Shown here: positions 26,784-44,760 of the stretch, piece by piece | Position numbering within the stretch: position 1 is the stretch's first letter | Layout: every line of letters starts with the position of its first letter | Position numbers and translations under genes: made by a program | The notes under the pieces: model-generated | What the model was told of the DNA's origin: nothing | The model's database searches: none | What the model saw: the letters and a program-made list of their open reading frames with translations, nothing else | Assembly: GCF_009914755.1 (NCBI RefSeq) | Contig: NC_060931.1 | Origin: the human T2T-CHM13v2.0 reference genome, Homo sapiens | Direction: 5' to 3' (one strand) | DNA length: 64,000 bases

Positions 26784-26945
26784 GGCAGTGTTTCTCACTG
26801 AGGTCCACTGACATCAGAAATACCTGGTGCATTTGCTAAATTTCAACTTCCTTAGCCATACCCAAGAAACCAGAATCACTGGATGCATTTTGCATTATTT
26901 CTATTTCCCCAGGAATATCTAATACATAGCCAAGTTTGGAACTAT
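26784..26945. mobile_element. MER5-family fragment
   Basis: gcagtgtttctca...catcagaaatacctggtgcatttgctaaat...gccaagtttggaacta. Confidence 0.6.
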
Positions 26946-28489
26946 TTCTCTAGAATATTAGTTCTTAACTCTAGTTTCATATAAGAATAACTTAAATACC
27001 TTTTCAAGTATATTCTTACTGGACCCCAAACCCTGTCCTTCTGATTTATTTGACCTAAGCAGTGGGAATGGGCAGCCATTCATATTAAATATTCTAACCT
27101 GTGTTCTAGCTAATAAAGCCTGCAATTGGTGGTCAAAAACTTAGCTTCCTTTCATCAGAAATATTCAGGTCAACATTGGTTCTCTGCTATCCTGGGTAAC
27201 AGTACATTCTGCACCTGAAACCCTTTTCTGATGTTTCCAACTCCCCCAACCCTTTGCAGGCTAAATAAATTCTAAAATAATTTAGTAATGGCAAATCAGT
27301 GAAGAAATGTCCATCTTCAAATTAGAGAAAAAATTCCCAAGTATATTCATTCTTACAACCTTGCTTTTGGATTCATTATCCTTAGTCACTTTTCCTTGGC
27401 TTCATATGACTATTAATTGTATTTTATTTTGGAGATATGGAACATATTCCAAGCAGAGGAAAATGCAATCTTCAGCAAAATGTCATAAGTCACTTCTTTT
27501 AATTTATAAAGTTCATGGATAGTAGTAGGAAGATGTGAGATTCTTATTCTGTTTTCCTCCTAGTCATTTTAGCAATCATATAATGTAGCTTCTTTGTCAA
27601 AAGAAAACAGGTAGAATTTGTCATTATAATTAGACATTATAATTAGTACATTTTGTTGGTTAACTCATATTAAAAATCTGTGTATAAATTACAAAGACTG
27701 TAAATAAAGCAAAGGCCCTACTGGAGGTTGACACTAAAGGAAACTCTGTAGTTTATCCTTTTATAAGTTAAAAAGGAAATTGGCTCCTATTTTTTCAAAT
27801 ATAAGTTTTAGTATATTGTGTTGGTTTATAAAGAAAGATGTTCATGTACTTAGCCCCAATAATTTTAAATAATGTGTCAGCCAACAGGGATCTTAAAAAT
27901 ACTCTAGCATTCATTTACTTGTTTACTTGTGAGAAAACAAATTTCCTACCTTTTTTAACCTCTGTAGTTAAAGGCATATTCGAATTAGAATTCAAATATC
28001 TTGAATTATAATCAGTATTCTCCCCTCCCCGATACCTCAGTTTGTCTTTGAAAGGATAAGTGGAATGAAGTATAGGAATTTGAACATTGAGATTCATACC
28101 ATGAAATTAGGTTTTTTAAAGGTATGATTGATTTTTAAGGTGCAAAAGATCACTAATGGATGAGCATTTAAACATGTAAATTGGATGTAATAATACTTTT
28201 TATTGAAGAGTTAAAAAGGCCTGCGCTTTTAATGTTAATAGTTTTCAAACATCTACTAATAGGTAGGCCAATTAATTTGGAATACTTAGCAGCATTACTT
28301 GAATAATGTGGAAGTTGGATGTGCTTTTCTATATTTTTTGCCTTTTTCATTCTGAGAAATTGTCTGTGATAGTTTGCATCTAGTAACTTTTTCTTGCCAC
28401 ATTTTTTAGTGCAGTTTGTAAATAGAACATGAAGACAAGTTCAACTTATAAAATGAAGCCTATGGTCCATACTATACACAAGGTTAGTT

Positions 28490-28625
28490 AGAACGCAACT
28501 GGATAGGGGCTTAGCAAATTACCTAAGCTTTTTTTGTCCTCATTTCCTAATTTGTAAAATGGGGCTTATAATAGCTACTCCATTATGTGTGTTGTTGGGA
28601 TTTTATTAGCTACTTCCTAAAAGCC
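28490..28625 (+). mobile_element. MIR SINE
   Basis: cctcatttcctaatttgtaaaatggggcttataatagctac core. Confidence 0.6.
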
Positions 28626-30359
28626 CCAAAAGAGGATGGAGCACACAAGAGGTTAGGTTTTTGGGACATGTTAGATTTCCCCTTTCTCCTCCCATTCCTT
28701 TTTAAAGAGATAATTTGGGTAATGTTTCAATATTTACATTTTTAAAATCCCTTTCAAATTATCAAGGGCAATTTTCCTGGTAATTGCTTTTGAAATGTTT
28801 TCTGAAGAAAAAGAAGAAAGCATCTTGACTAGTCTGGGCAGGGAAGAATTAAATGGTCATTAACATAAAACAATTATACTATAGGATGAGGCAGTTATAT
28901 TTTATTCCATAAACAATGTTATCAACAATAATAATTTAATCCTGACATTCTATATTTAAATAAATAAAACTTTATTTGAAGTAAATAAAAAATTTCTAAG
29001 GAAGGATTAAGTGCTGTCTTATGGACATTGTGATATATTGGACAAGAGAACTGAGAATCTGATTCAGAATACTGGGTGTGAAAGGTGGGATAATATTATG
29101 GATGTATGTGGACCAAATGTCATCAAAGCAGATCAAAACTCAAAGAGATGGGAATGTATTCAGAAACATAGTTACTCTAAAGCCAATTATTATACTGTAA
29201 AATATAAAAATAATTACCTCATTGATCTTAGCGGATTATTGGTCTACCTTTGTGACATTTGCAGGTTTAACTTTTTTTTTCGTTACTTGTGAGGAACACA
29301 TTTAGCTAATGAGTAAACCTAGCAACCTGCCCAGCAAAATGAAATGCCACATAACGTTTTTGCTCTATATGCATTATTTCATATGCAATAGGGGTTGCAA
29401 TTTTACAATAAAATAAAAATAATATTTTGTATTTTAAAAAGCACACCCAAAAGAAATACAACTGGCATTGATTCTGAGAGTAAAATAAAACCAAGAACTC
29501 TAAAAAATGTAACCAGTAAAAAAATTTAACTCTAAAAATCCATGTCTAATGGCAAGTGTTCACTAATTTTGAGATTTGCAACCACAGCCCTTGTTTATGT
29601 CAAAAGTATAATATTGGAGAAAGTATGAGGGAGGTTGTTACAATGGCCAAAGTGTCCTTCCTTCTCCTTTGAGAACATCAGAAAAGGGAGACATAATAGG
29701 GCATTAACTCAAGGAGAAGGCATTGTGGCCAACATTGTACAAATCTGGCTGAGTAACAGAGCTTTGTATGTTTGTAGGAATATAGTTCCTAGACAGTGTA
29801 TGAGCAATTAGTTCCTAGATAATTTTGATTACATTACAAGTCAAATATAGTCCCTTTATTTTGTTTTGAAATTAAGTTTTAAATGCTCTGTCTTGGGAAA
29901 CAAGGCATATGTTAACAAATAACGATCCTCTTTTTTATGTTGCTTCACATTTGATTGAACTGAATTAGATAGAACAATTTTTTAAATTAATTTAATCCAG
30001 GTGGACTTACCCTGAGATTGAGTTTAACTGAGATCAGGATGAGGGAAATATGAGAAGAGAAAATGCATTTTTTTGAATCTGCATTCATGCAAATTCCTAC
30101 TTGACGATAGCCACATAGATGATCAGTTGTCTTGTGGGATTATATCTGGAAGATCCTCTTAAATAAAAGTAGCTACCAGAAAGCTTCCCTTTGTGTTCCC
30201 TGTGTGTTCCCTGTGTAACACACAGGCACACACACAGATTTTTAAGAAAAAACAGAATGATTTCCCAGCTATCGACCCTATAATAAATTTTAGTTAAGGC
30301 TGATTGTAATGATCAATGAAACATTTCAAAATGCAGAGGTTTTTTTAAGATGAAAGGTA

Positions 30360-31043
30360 TTTATTTCATTTTAACTTGTGTATTATTAATGGAGTACAAG
30401 TGCAATTTTGCTACATTGATATATTGCATTTTGATGACGCCAGGGCCTTCAGTATATTCATCACTGGAGCAACATACATTGTACCCACCAAGCAACCTCT
30501 CATTATCCACCCTCCCAACCCCCAACTTCTCCAAGTCCCCATTGTCTATGATTCCATACTCTGCTTCCATGTGTACATGTTATTTAGCTCCCACTTGTTA
30601 GTGAGAACATGTAATATTTGTCTTTCTGTGTCTGAGTTGTTTCACTTAAGATAATGGCTACCGGTTCCATCCATGTTGCTGCAAAAGACATGATTTTGTT
30701 ATTTTTATGGTTCAATAGTATTCCATTGTGTATAGATACCATATTTTCCTCATCCAATTTTCCTTTGATGGATGCTTAAGTCAATTCCATATTTTTGATA
30801 TTGTGAACAGTGCTATGATACACACAAGTGGAGCTAACTATTTGACGTAAAGATTTCTTTTCTTTGGGTTGATACCCAGTAGTGGGATTGCCAGATCATG
30901 TAGTAGCTCTATTTTTAGTTATTTGAGAAATCTCCATACTGTTTTACCAGAGAGTTTACATTCCCACCAACAGTGTATAAGTTCCCTTTTCTCTGTATCC
31001 TCTCTAACATCTGTTACTTTTGGTCTTCTCAATAATAGCCATG
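30360..31043 (-). mobile_element. L1PB4/L1MA-type 3' fragment
   Basis: gagtacaagtgcaattttgctacattgatatattgc...tttagctcccacttgttagtgagaacatg...gatacccagtagtgggattgc. Confidence 0.85.
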
Positions 31044-32200
31044 CAGAGAGATTTTTTATGTTACAGATGTACCCTAGTTTGGCTAGTTATAAAATTTCAT
31101 GGTATAAATTTGAATATATATTTTATATATATACGCTAAGAATGACAATGGAAAAGGGTGGATTTTCAGACAAGAAACTTTGTTCAGAATAAACCAAAAA
31201 TTATTTAGGAATTTTGGTTTCTGATTAAATAATAAAAGCTAAATCTACACCTGGTTTCAAAAACAGATGATAACTAATTTATCATTACTAGCATCATCAA
31301 AAATATTGACTAATTGTGTATAAAAGAAAGAGAACAAAGGCAGGAAAACTAAATTCCTCCTTGGACTCTGCTGTAAACATTATCCACATTATTTTCTTTT
31401 ATGTTCCCTAAGTTCCCTATGTATAAAATTGACCTGCTACAAGCCTTAAAAATTAATGAAATTATTATTTGGGAGTAAGTAAATCCAAATGATTATAAGC
31501 TTTTTGAGGGGAAAATCCCATTGGAAAAACATGTTGGTGTTTTGTTTTGTTTTGTTTTACTGCAACAACAAATAGTATAGTGGCTCACCTTCTTTTATAA
31601 AAATAATCTATATTATGTTATTTCCAGGATTTATTTTACATTATTTCCAAGAGATTTTACAAATCTTGGAAAACATAGAAAAAAAAAAGATTTGCTGCTG
31701 CTTTCTTTAGAATTAATATTTAATTGTGTGACAATAGAAGAATGCACTTGATTATTTCACTGTCATTAGAATTTTAGGTAATTTGCACAGTATTTTTATT
31801 GCATTCAATGTTTTCACTAATTTTTTTTATTTTTGTTCATCCTTTTCTGCACTGGAAGAGAATTTTAAACATGAAATGACCAGGTTACTCTTTTTAACCA
31901 TAAGATACTCAGTTAAAAAATGGAAATTTTTGAGAATTTTAATAAATATCAACAGCTGTTTTTGTATTTTTTGGTTTTTTTTAAACTTTATTATTATTAT
32001 ACTTTAAGTTATAGGGTACATGTGCACAATGTGCAGGTTAGTTACATATGTATACATGGGCCATGTTGGTGTGCTGCACCCATTAACTCGTCATTTAGCA
32101 TTAGGTATATCTCCTAATGCTATCCCTCCACCCTCCACCTACCCCACAACAATCCCTGGTGTGTGATGTTCCCCTTCTTGTGTCCATGTATTCTCATTGT

Positions 32201-36021
<3,821 letters not shown>

Positions 36022-36084
36022 TATGATGTTAGCTGGTTATTTTGCTCATTAGTTGATGCAGTTTCTTCTTAGCCTGGATGGTCT

Positions 36085-37105
36085 TTACAATTTGGCTTGT
36101 TTTTGCAGTGGCTGGTACCAGTTGTTCCTTTCCATGTTTAGTGCTTCCTTCAGGAGCTCTTTTAGGGCAGGCCTGGTGGTGACAAAATCTCTCAGCATTT
36201 GCTTGTCTGTAAAGGATTTTATTTCTCCTTCACTTATGAAGCTTAGTTTGGCTGGATATGAAAATTCTGGGTTGAAAATTCTTTTGTTTAAGAATGTTGA
36301 ATATTGGCCCCCACTCTCTTCTGGCTTGTAGAGTTTCTGCCAAGAGTTCAGCTGTTAGTCTGATGGGCTTCCCTTTATGGGTAACCCGACCTTTCTTTCT
36401 GGCTGCCCTTAACATTTTTTCCTTCATTTCAACTTTGGTGAATCTGACAATTATGTGTCTTGGAGTTGCTCTTCTCAAGGAGTATCTTTGTGGCGTTCTC
36501 TGTATTTCCTGAATTTGAATGTTGGCCTGCCTTGCTAGATTGGGGAAGTTCTCCTGGATGATATCCTGCAGAGTGTTTTCCAACTTGGTTCCATTCTCCC
36601 CATCACTTTAAGGTACACCAATCAGACGTAGATTTGGTCTTTTCACATAGTCCCATATTTCTTGGAGACTTTGTTCATTTATTTTTATTCTTTTTTCTCT
36701 AAACTTCTCTTCTCACTTCATTTCATTCATTTCGTCTTCCGTTGCTGATACCCTTTCTTCCAGTTGATCGCATCAGCTACTGAGGCTTGTGCATTCGTCA
36801 AGTAGTTCTCGTGCCTTGGTTTTCAGCTCCATCAGGTCCTTTAAGGACTTCTCTGCATTGGTTATTCTAGTTAGCCATTCGTCTATTTTTTTTTTTCAAG
36901 GTTTTTAACTTCTTTGCCATGGGTTCGAACTTCCTCCTTTAGCTCAGAGTAGTTTGATCTTCTGAAGACTTCTACTCTCAACTCATCAAAGTGATTCTCC
37001 ATCCAGCTTTGTTCCATTGCTGGTGAGGAGCTGCGTTCCTTTGGAGGAGGAGAGGTGCTCTGATTTTTAGAGTTTCCAGTTTTTCTGCTCTGTTTTTTTC
37101 CCCAT
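36085..37105 (-). pseudogene. L1 ORF1, frameshifted
   Basis: ATG GGG AAA start at 37105 with an extra A in the A-run; fragment ENTLQDIIQENFPNLARQANIQIQEIQRTP; TAA at 36085-36087. Confidence 0.9.
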
Positions 37106-38120
37106 CTTTGTGGTTTTATCTACCTTTGGTCTTTGATGATGGTGACATACAGATGGGTTTTTGGTGTGGATGTCCTTTCTGTTTGTTAGTTTTCCTTCTA
37201 ACAGTCAGGACCCTCAGCTGCAGGTCTGTTGGAGTTTGCTGGAGGTCCACTCCAGACCCTGTTTGCCTGGGTATCAGCAGTGGTGGCTGCAGAACAGCGG
37301 ATATTGGTGAACCGCAAATGCTGCTGCCTGATCGTTCCTCTGGAATTTTTGTTTCAGAGGAGTACCCAGGCGTTTGAGGTGTCGGTCCGCCCCTACTGGG
37401 GGGTGCCTCCCAGTTAGGCTTCTCGGGGGTCAGGGACCCACTTGAGGAGGCAGTCTGCCTGTTCTCAGATCTCAAGCTGCATGCTGGAAGAACCACTACT
37501 CTCTTCAAAGCTGTCAGACAGGGACATTTAAGTCTGCAGATGTTACTGCTGCCTTTTGTTTGTCTGTGCCCTGCCCCCAGAGGTGGAGCCTACAGAGGCA
37601 GGCAGGTCTCCTTGAGCTGTGATGGGCTCCACCCAGTTTGAGCTTCCTGGCTGCCTTGTTTACCTACTCAAGCCTCGGCAATGGCGGGCACCCCTCCCCC
37701 ATCCTTGCTGCTGCCTTGCAGTTTGATCTCAGACTGCTGTGCTAGCAATGAGTGAGGCTCCGTGGGCATAGGACCCTCCAATCCAGGTGTGGGATATAAT
37801 CTCCTGGTGTGCTGTTTGTCAAGCCTGTTGGAAAAGCACAGTATTAGGGTGGGAGTGACCTGATTTTCCAGGTGCCGTCTGTCACCCCTTTCTTTGACTA
37901 GGAAAGGGAATTCCCTGACCCCTTGCCCTTCCTGGGTGAGGCGATGCCTCGCCCTGCTTTGGCTGATGCACGGTGCACAGCACCCACTGTCCAGCACTCC
38001 CCAGTGAGATGAACCCGGTACCTCAGTTGGAAATGCAGAAATCATCCGTCTTCTGTGTTGCTCAGGCTGGGAGCTGTAGACTGGAGCTGTTCCTATTCGG
38101 CCATCTTGGCTCCACCCCCC
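37106..38120 (-). promoter_or_regulatory. L1 5'UTR internal sense promoter and antisense promoter; intact YY1 site
   Basis: cggccatcttg at 38098-38108 (YY1 site at the L1 5' end); full 5'UTR present. Activity is not shown by sequence. Confidence 0.7.
37681..37755 (+). pseudogene. L1 antisense ORF0, truncated after 24 codons
   Basis: Translates MAGTPPPSLLLPCSLISDCCASNE*; L1 ORF0 begins MAGAPPPASLPPCSLISDCCASNQR. Confidence 0.85.
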
Positions 38121-39974
38121 TCAACAGTTGTTTTAACAAAACATACATACATAAGGTTTATTCATAATGCTTCTATGTCTTGCAGTTCTGGGGAACAGCT
38201 GTCTTCATGAAAAGGTTTTCTGAAAATTACACAGGCTGACCTTGTTTTATCCACTGTTATCATCCCATTCCTCCCATTCCTAATAAATTAACAGAACAAA
38301 TTATCAATAGTAGCAGTTTCAGATGCCATCTCCAGTAAGATCACTACAGAAATTAAGAAAATATAAATAAAATAAAGATAAATAAGAAAGATCCATAAAC
38401 AATATTTTTGATACTTTGCTGTAATTCCTTTAATTCCTGTTATAATTTGTACAGTTAATCATTCCTATTTTTGGACAAAATTATTGTTTCCAATTTTAAG
38501 ATGTTTATTGCAGCAAATTTCCTTTTAACTTTTTTTAAATTTTGAAGGAAATCCTAAATACACCTTAAACCTCTGTCTCCTTGAATAGAAAATAAAAGTA
38601 CTGTTTTATCTTTTATTGCTATGTCTGTATCATCACCATGAACATGAAGTTATACCCTGCAGCAATATCCTCTATAGTCATTGAGATGTATACATGTCTC
38701 ACCTTTCACACAAGGGGGCAAGCTCTGTCTAAGGATGTTTGTGTACATGTGTTTGAATTTAAACACTGAAATATCATCTGCATCCTCACACAGATTTCTC
38801 CAAAAAATATCATTTTGTTCATGCCAACCTGCATCAAAATATTCATTTTTATTCGTTTACCTAGTAGGAATCTGGGAGTGATTATCTATAAATTTCTGTT
38901 CCCAATATTTAAAATCTTTTTATACACAGAAAAAAAGTGGTTTCCTATCCAGTCCTTTTTTACTAAATAAGTGTATAGTTGGTAGTGGTTTCTGTCTATG
39001 AACCAATGTATCACTCACTCACGTCTTTGGATAATGCAGGTCATTATTCTTCCTGGTGCCAAACTTAATCAGAAAATCTGAGCTTGGGTTTTCAGAGATG
39101 ACTTATTACATTAGCTACTGGACATTAACAAGAAAAACAATGCAACTGTAGACTGAAACGTCTGTGATAACTTGATTATCAAATGTATTATGTCAATCCA
39201 GGCAAGCAGATGTTATAGCTCTGTGGCTGTTTTATATGAGCTGCTGGAGGAAACACAGAGAATGCTTTTTAAATCAATAAAGCATATGATAGTAATGATA
39301 AGGAGCGAATATCCACTCTAATAACTTTTAGATGATATTCTCTTTGGCAATGGTTGTTTTGGGATATCTTTTGAGAGATTTTCTTTTACGTTCAATCCAA
39401 CTGTGATTCATTCTCATCCAACAAGGAGCTGGATATGATTTTATTCTTTGAAAAACCCCAGGGGCATGACATAGAAGTTTAGGCATTTCACAAATAATTA
39501 CACACATTTGATAAAACCAATTCTCACTTAGTTTAGTGTTAAGAAGGAAAGAATTGCTCTGGGCACATCTAATGACCTTCCCACTGTAGACAAGGAAGAT
39601 TTCTCTGTGTGGAGGATGTAATTGGGTAAAAAGATTCAGACTCTTGAACCACCTGAATCTGACCCTGTTTTATAGATTTTAAGCCTGTAGCTGCTTCTTC
39701 ACAAAGTGTCAGGCTTTCTCAGTTAGGTAGGTAATGTTGTGAAATCATTGCATAGCTACCCTGGAGGTTTTGTTTATTTTTTCTTCTGTTTGTTTTTGAA
39801 TACTTTTACCCTGTGACTTTTCAAAAGCTCTTTATGACATTGATTTTATAGAAATAGTAATATCTACTTTCTGTGCTATATACATTAGTCAAGCAGTTGC
39901 CACATGATTGGCCAGCATAATTGATGAGAAAAAAAGAAATTAAAAACAATTTTCAAATTTCTTGTATTATCATC

Positions 39975-40895
39975 TTTAAATGCTACTTACAATAGAATGT
40001 CAACTTAGGCAGAAAGAAACATGAAATTAGAAAATTGCCATTTGGCAACAACCATAATAATAGTTGTTTAAATAAGAATTATCAGAAGTTACTAAATGTA
40101 GAAGATGAACAGCTGATGAGAAACAAGATATTTACTATACTTCCTGACAAGGTACTTATTAATTACGAACACTAAAACAGCAATTCTGCAATGTAGAAAC
40201 CTGGCAAATACTACCTTAACTAGGTGATTAAAGTTAACTTCACATGTAATATGACAAATATACATCACATCCCTCCTCATGAATGCTTAACCAAAAGTAC
40301 AGTATCTCTTCTTGGTGTCTCTGAAAAAAATGTATGACTTGAATTAATTAAATTACAAGATGACATCAGAAAAATGTGAATTTATTTTATAAAATAAGGG
40401 GCCTGTACTCTTCAAAAATGTCAAGGACATGAAAGGAAAAGAAAGGCTAATGAATTCTTCTGGATTAAAGAAGACTAATGAGAATGCCAACTAAATGCAA
40501 TATGTCATTCTGGCTTTGGTCCTGGACAAAAAATTTGTTTCTTTTTTTACAAAGAACATTAGTTAGGCAATGAAATTTTAATGAGGAATGTAAATTATAA
40601 AATAATGCTTTTTAATATTAATTTCCTGAATTGAATCATTGTATTTTGCTTATTTATGAGAATGTCTGATTTTTAAGGAACTATAAACTGAACTACTTGG
40701 GGTGAAAGAATATCCTGTCTACAACTTACTTCCAATGATTCAGAAAATATATATGTATGTACAGACTGAGAAATAGGAAGAATGACAATGCAAATGGGGG
40801 AAATGTCAACATTTGGGGAATCTAGTTGAAGTATTTGAGAAATCTGGCTATAATTAATTTTTTAAAAAATCTAAAATGATTTTGAATTTAAGAAA
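39975..40895 (+). mobile_element. L1MC4-like 3' region
   Basis: gaaacctggcaaatactaccttaactaggtgattaaagttaac, ggcctgtactcttcaaaaatgtcaagg, aactaaatgcaatatg. Confidence 0.8.
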
Positions 40896-40939
40896 CAAAT
40901 CTATCATCCATTTTCATCTCTGATTTGGAAAAAGAAAAA

Positions 40940-43365
40940 CATAGAACTTGCCACTCCTGTCTTTATAATTAGTAAGTGAAAAATCAACAACTTTTCTTGG
41001 ACCCACATGAGACCTGAGGTTGTAGATAGAACCAGTTGACACACTAAAACGTGGAGAAACAGGAGAATCGAGAGAAATATAGCCAAGATCTGCTAACCTG
41101 GAGCAGAAAGTTCTGGAACCATTAATTAATATTTAAATGAGAATTTTGACAAACTATTGGAGGCTAAGTGTGGATTAGCATGAGAGTGAAGAACTACTTA
41201 AGAGGGCCCCCACACTTTCATGGCTTTATCCCCAGGAACCCCATCAGGAGTTATCGCCATGAAGAATGAAGAAAGAATCCAAAATCTACCCTGGCAATGG
41301 AAGAGAAAAAGTAATCATTGTGAAATATCCCCAGGGTAGTCTCCATAACATAAGAGGAAAAAAGGCATTACAGGAGATTTATTCTACTTGAGGAAAAGAT
41401 ATTTCTCAGACTCCAGCATTCTCTAGCCTTATTGTCTCAAGCATCAAAAAAGAAACAACAACAACAACAAACACAAGCTGTACCACTAAAATAACTATTG
41501 TGAATATCAAAGACCGGGGACACAGAACTACTAAAAGATTGAATTTAACTATAAGGTTATAGAACACTTTCCATCCTTGATACCTCACCACCATCCAAAC
41601 AATGCTCCAATATAATGAGAATGGATTGCAGCCTAAAAGAGCTGCCAGACACTGACTCTATAAAAAAGAGATTCTAGGAAAGGCCAAAATAAAAATGGCG
41701 AAAGAGATAGCTAGAGGCAAAACTAAACATTGGCTTCTAGCCAGATCAACATAAAATCTCACACTAAAAGCCTGTTTACCTCAAATCTTATTACATGGTA
41801 TTCAACAAAAAATTTACAAGGCATGTTAAAGGCAAGAAAAACCACAGACTGAAGAGATCAAATAAGGACAAGAACCAGACTGATATATGACATAGATGTT
41901 AGGATTATCAGACATTGGGTTTAATAACTAACTATGATTAATATGTTTAGGACTTCAGTGAAAAAAGGCAACATGCAAAAACAAGTGTGTGTAAGCAGTG
42001 ACGGGAACTATAAGAATCAAAAGAAAATGCTAAAAATCGAAAACACTGTAACAGAAGTAAAGAATGCCCCTGATGAGCTCATTAGTAGACTGGACATAGA
42101 GAAGGAAAGAATCAGTGAGCCTGAGGAGAGATCATTATAAACTGCCCCAACTGACATGTAAAAAGATTGAAAGAAAAATAAAAACAGAACATCAATAAAC
42201 AGGGCCAATATCAAAAGTTGTAACACACATGTAATGGGAATACCAGAAGGAGAATAAACATGAAATGGAGTAGAATAAATATTCAAAGCAATATTTACTA
42301 AGAATTTGCTGAATTTAATGACAGGCATGAAGCCACAAATTCAGGAGGCTCAGAGAACACCAAAGAGGATAATTACCAAAAAAATACAACTAGTTATATT
42401 ATAATCAAACTACAGAAAATAGAAGACAAAAAGAAAATCTTTAAAAAAATATAGCAAGAGGTAAAAGAAGTAGTTGCTTACCTGTAAGATTCAAGAGTAA
42501 AAATTACAGTAGACTTATCAGAATTCGGGCAGACAAAAAGAAATTAGACTAAATTATTTAAGTTGAGAGAACCAAAAACCAAACCAAAACAAACAACAAA
42601 CAAAAACACCTAGAGTTTTATATCCAGCAAATTTATCCTTTAGAAATGAAGGAGAAATAAATATCTTCTCAAAGAAAAACTAAAAATTATTTGCTAGCAG
42701 ACCCGTCCAACAAGAAATATTAAAATAATTTTTTCAGGGAGAATGAAAGTGATATACCTCAGAAACATTGATCTACATTTAAAAAGCAAGAATGTCAGAG
42801 AAGGAAAAAGGAAGTCGAAATTATTATCCTTATTTTTTATTTATCTAAAAGATAACTGAAATATTAATAATACTGTTACTAATATGTTGGTGTTTAAGTG
42901 GTAAGCACCCAATACATTAAGCACCAATACAGTATGAACATTATTAACAGGAATGTCATAATAGGAGGAAGAAGTTGAGAAAACTTCTTCAGAAGGTACT
43001 GTACTACATGTGAAGCAGCATAATATATAATTTGAAGCTAGACACATTAGTTAAAACTGTATTTTGAAAGCTCCAACAGAAGCACTAAACAAACAAAATT
43101 TTTTTAAAAATATTTAAATCCTATATTACATTGAATTATATAAAATACTAAATTAGAACCAGAGAAGACAGAAAAAAATTAAAAATGCAACAAATAGAAA
43201 ATACATTGTTATTAATTCAACTATATTAATAAGCACTTCAAATGTGACTGGTCTAAATACATCAATTGAAAGAAGTAGGTTGTCAGAGTAGGTATAGAAA
43301 CAGACCCACTATTTCTTATTTATCAGAAGCCAACTTAAAAAAAACTCAGATAGTTTAAAAGTAAC
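40940..43365 (+). mobile_element. Old L1M (L1MC/MD-type) 5'UTR, ORF1 and start of EN
   Basis: ORF1-like peptide NQKKMLKIENTVTEVKNAPDELISRLDIEKERISEPEER; EN-start motif ttcaaatgtgactggtctaaatacatcaattgaaag. Confidence 0.8.
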
Positions 43366-43412
43366 AAGGATTCCCCCTTTACCCACTTCTATCCAACATA
43401 GTACTGGCAGTC

Positions 43413-43776
43413 TGTATTAGTCTGTTCTCATGCTGCTAATAAAGACATACTTGATACTGGGTAATTTATAAAGGAAGGAGGTTTAATGCACTCACAATTC
43501 CACCTGGCTGGGGAGGCCTCACACTCATGGCAGAAAGCAAATGAGGAGCAAAGTCATGTCTTACATGATGGCAGGCAAGAGAGATTGTGTAGGGGAACTC
43601 CCCTTTATAAAACCATCACATCTTGTGAGACTTATTCCCTATCAGGAGAACAGCATGGGAAAGACCCGCCCCCATGGTTCAATTAGCTACCACCAGGTCC
43701 CTCCCATAACATGTGGAAATTATGGAAGCTATAATTCAAGATGAAATTTGGGCAGGGACACAGCCAAACCATATCA
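43413..43776 (-). mobile_element. THE1C-like MaLR solo LTR
   Basis: tgtattagtctgttctcatgctgctaataaagacatac ... gggacacagccaaaccatatca; ~364 bp. Confidence 0.92.
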
Positions 43777-44760
43777 TGATCTTAGCCAGAGCAATTAGAC
43801 AAGAGAAAAAGAAATAAATGAAATCCAATTTGGAAAAGAGGAAGTCAAATTGTCACTGTTCGCTGATCATATGATCATACAGCTAGAAAACCCAAATAGG
43901 TCCTAGACATGATAAATGAATCCAGTAGTCTCAGGATACAAAGTCAATGGACACAAATCAGTAGCACTACTATACACTACCAACAACCAAACTGCGATTC
44001 AAATCAAGAACTCAATCCCTTTTAGAACAGCTGTAAAACAAACAAACAAAAAACCCTTAGGAATATACTTAACCAAGGAGGTGAAAGATTTCTACAAGAA
44101 AAACTGCAAAACACTGCTGAAGGAAATCATAGATGACACAAACAAATGGAAACACATCTCATGCTCGTGGATCGGTAGAATCAATATTGTGAAAATGACC
44201 ATACTGCCAAAAGCAATCTACAGATTCAATGCAGTTCACATCAAAACACCATCATCATTTTTCACAGAACTAGAAAAAGCATTCTAAAATTCCTATGGAG
44301 CCAAAAAAGTATTGAATAGCCAAAGCAATACTAAGCAAAAAGAACAAATCTGGAGACATCACATCACCAAATTCATATTACACTACAAGGCTACAGTTAC
44401 CAAAACAGCTTGTATAAAAGTGGGCACACCGATCAGTGGATGAGAATAGAGATCCCAGAAATAGAGCCAAATATTTATCTTCAATAAAGCATACAAAAAT
44501 ATAAAGTTGGGAAAGGCTATATTCAATTAATGGTGCTGGAAAAACTAGCAAGCCATATGTTGAAGAATGGAACTGAATCATCTCTTACCTTATACAAAAA
44601 TCTACTCCAGATGGATCAAAGACATAAATCTAACACTGAAACCCATAAAAATTCTAGAAGATAGCATCTGAAAACTCTTCTGAACATTGGTTTAAGCAAA
44701 TAATTCATGACTAAGAACCCTAAGGCAAATGCCACAAAACAAAAAATAAATAAATGGGAC

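Noticed and set aside
28287-28296. tagcagcatt, miR-15/107-like seed
   Set aside because: Remainder does not match any family member I know, and no convincing hairpin
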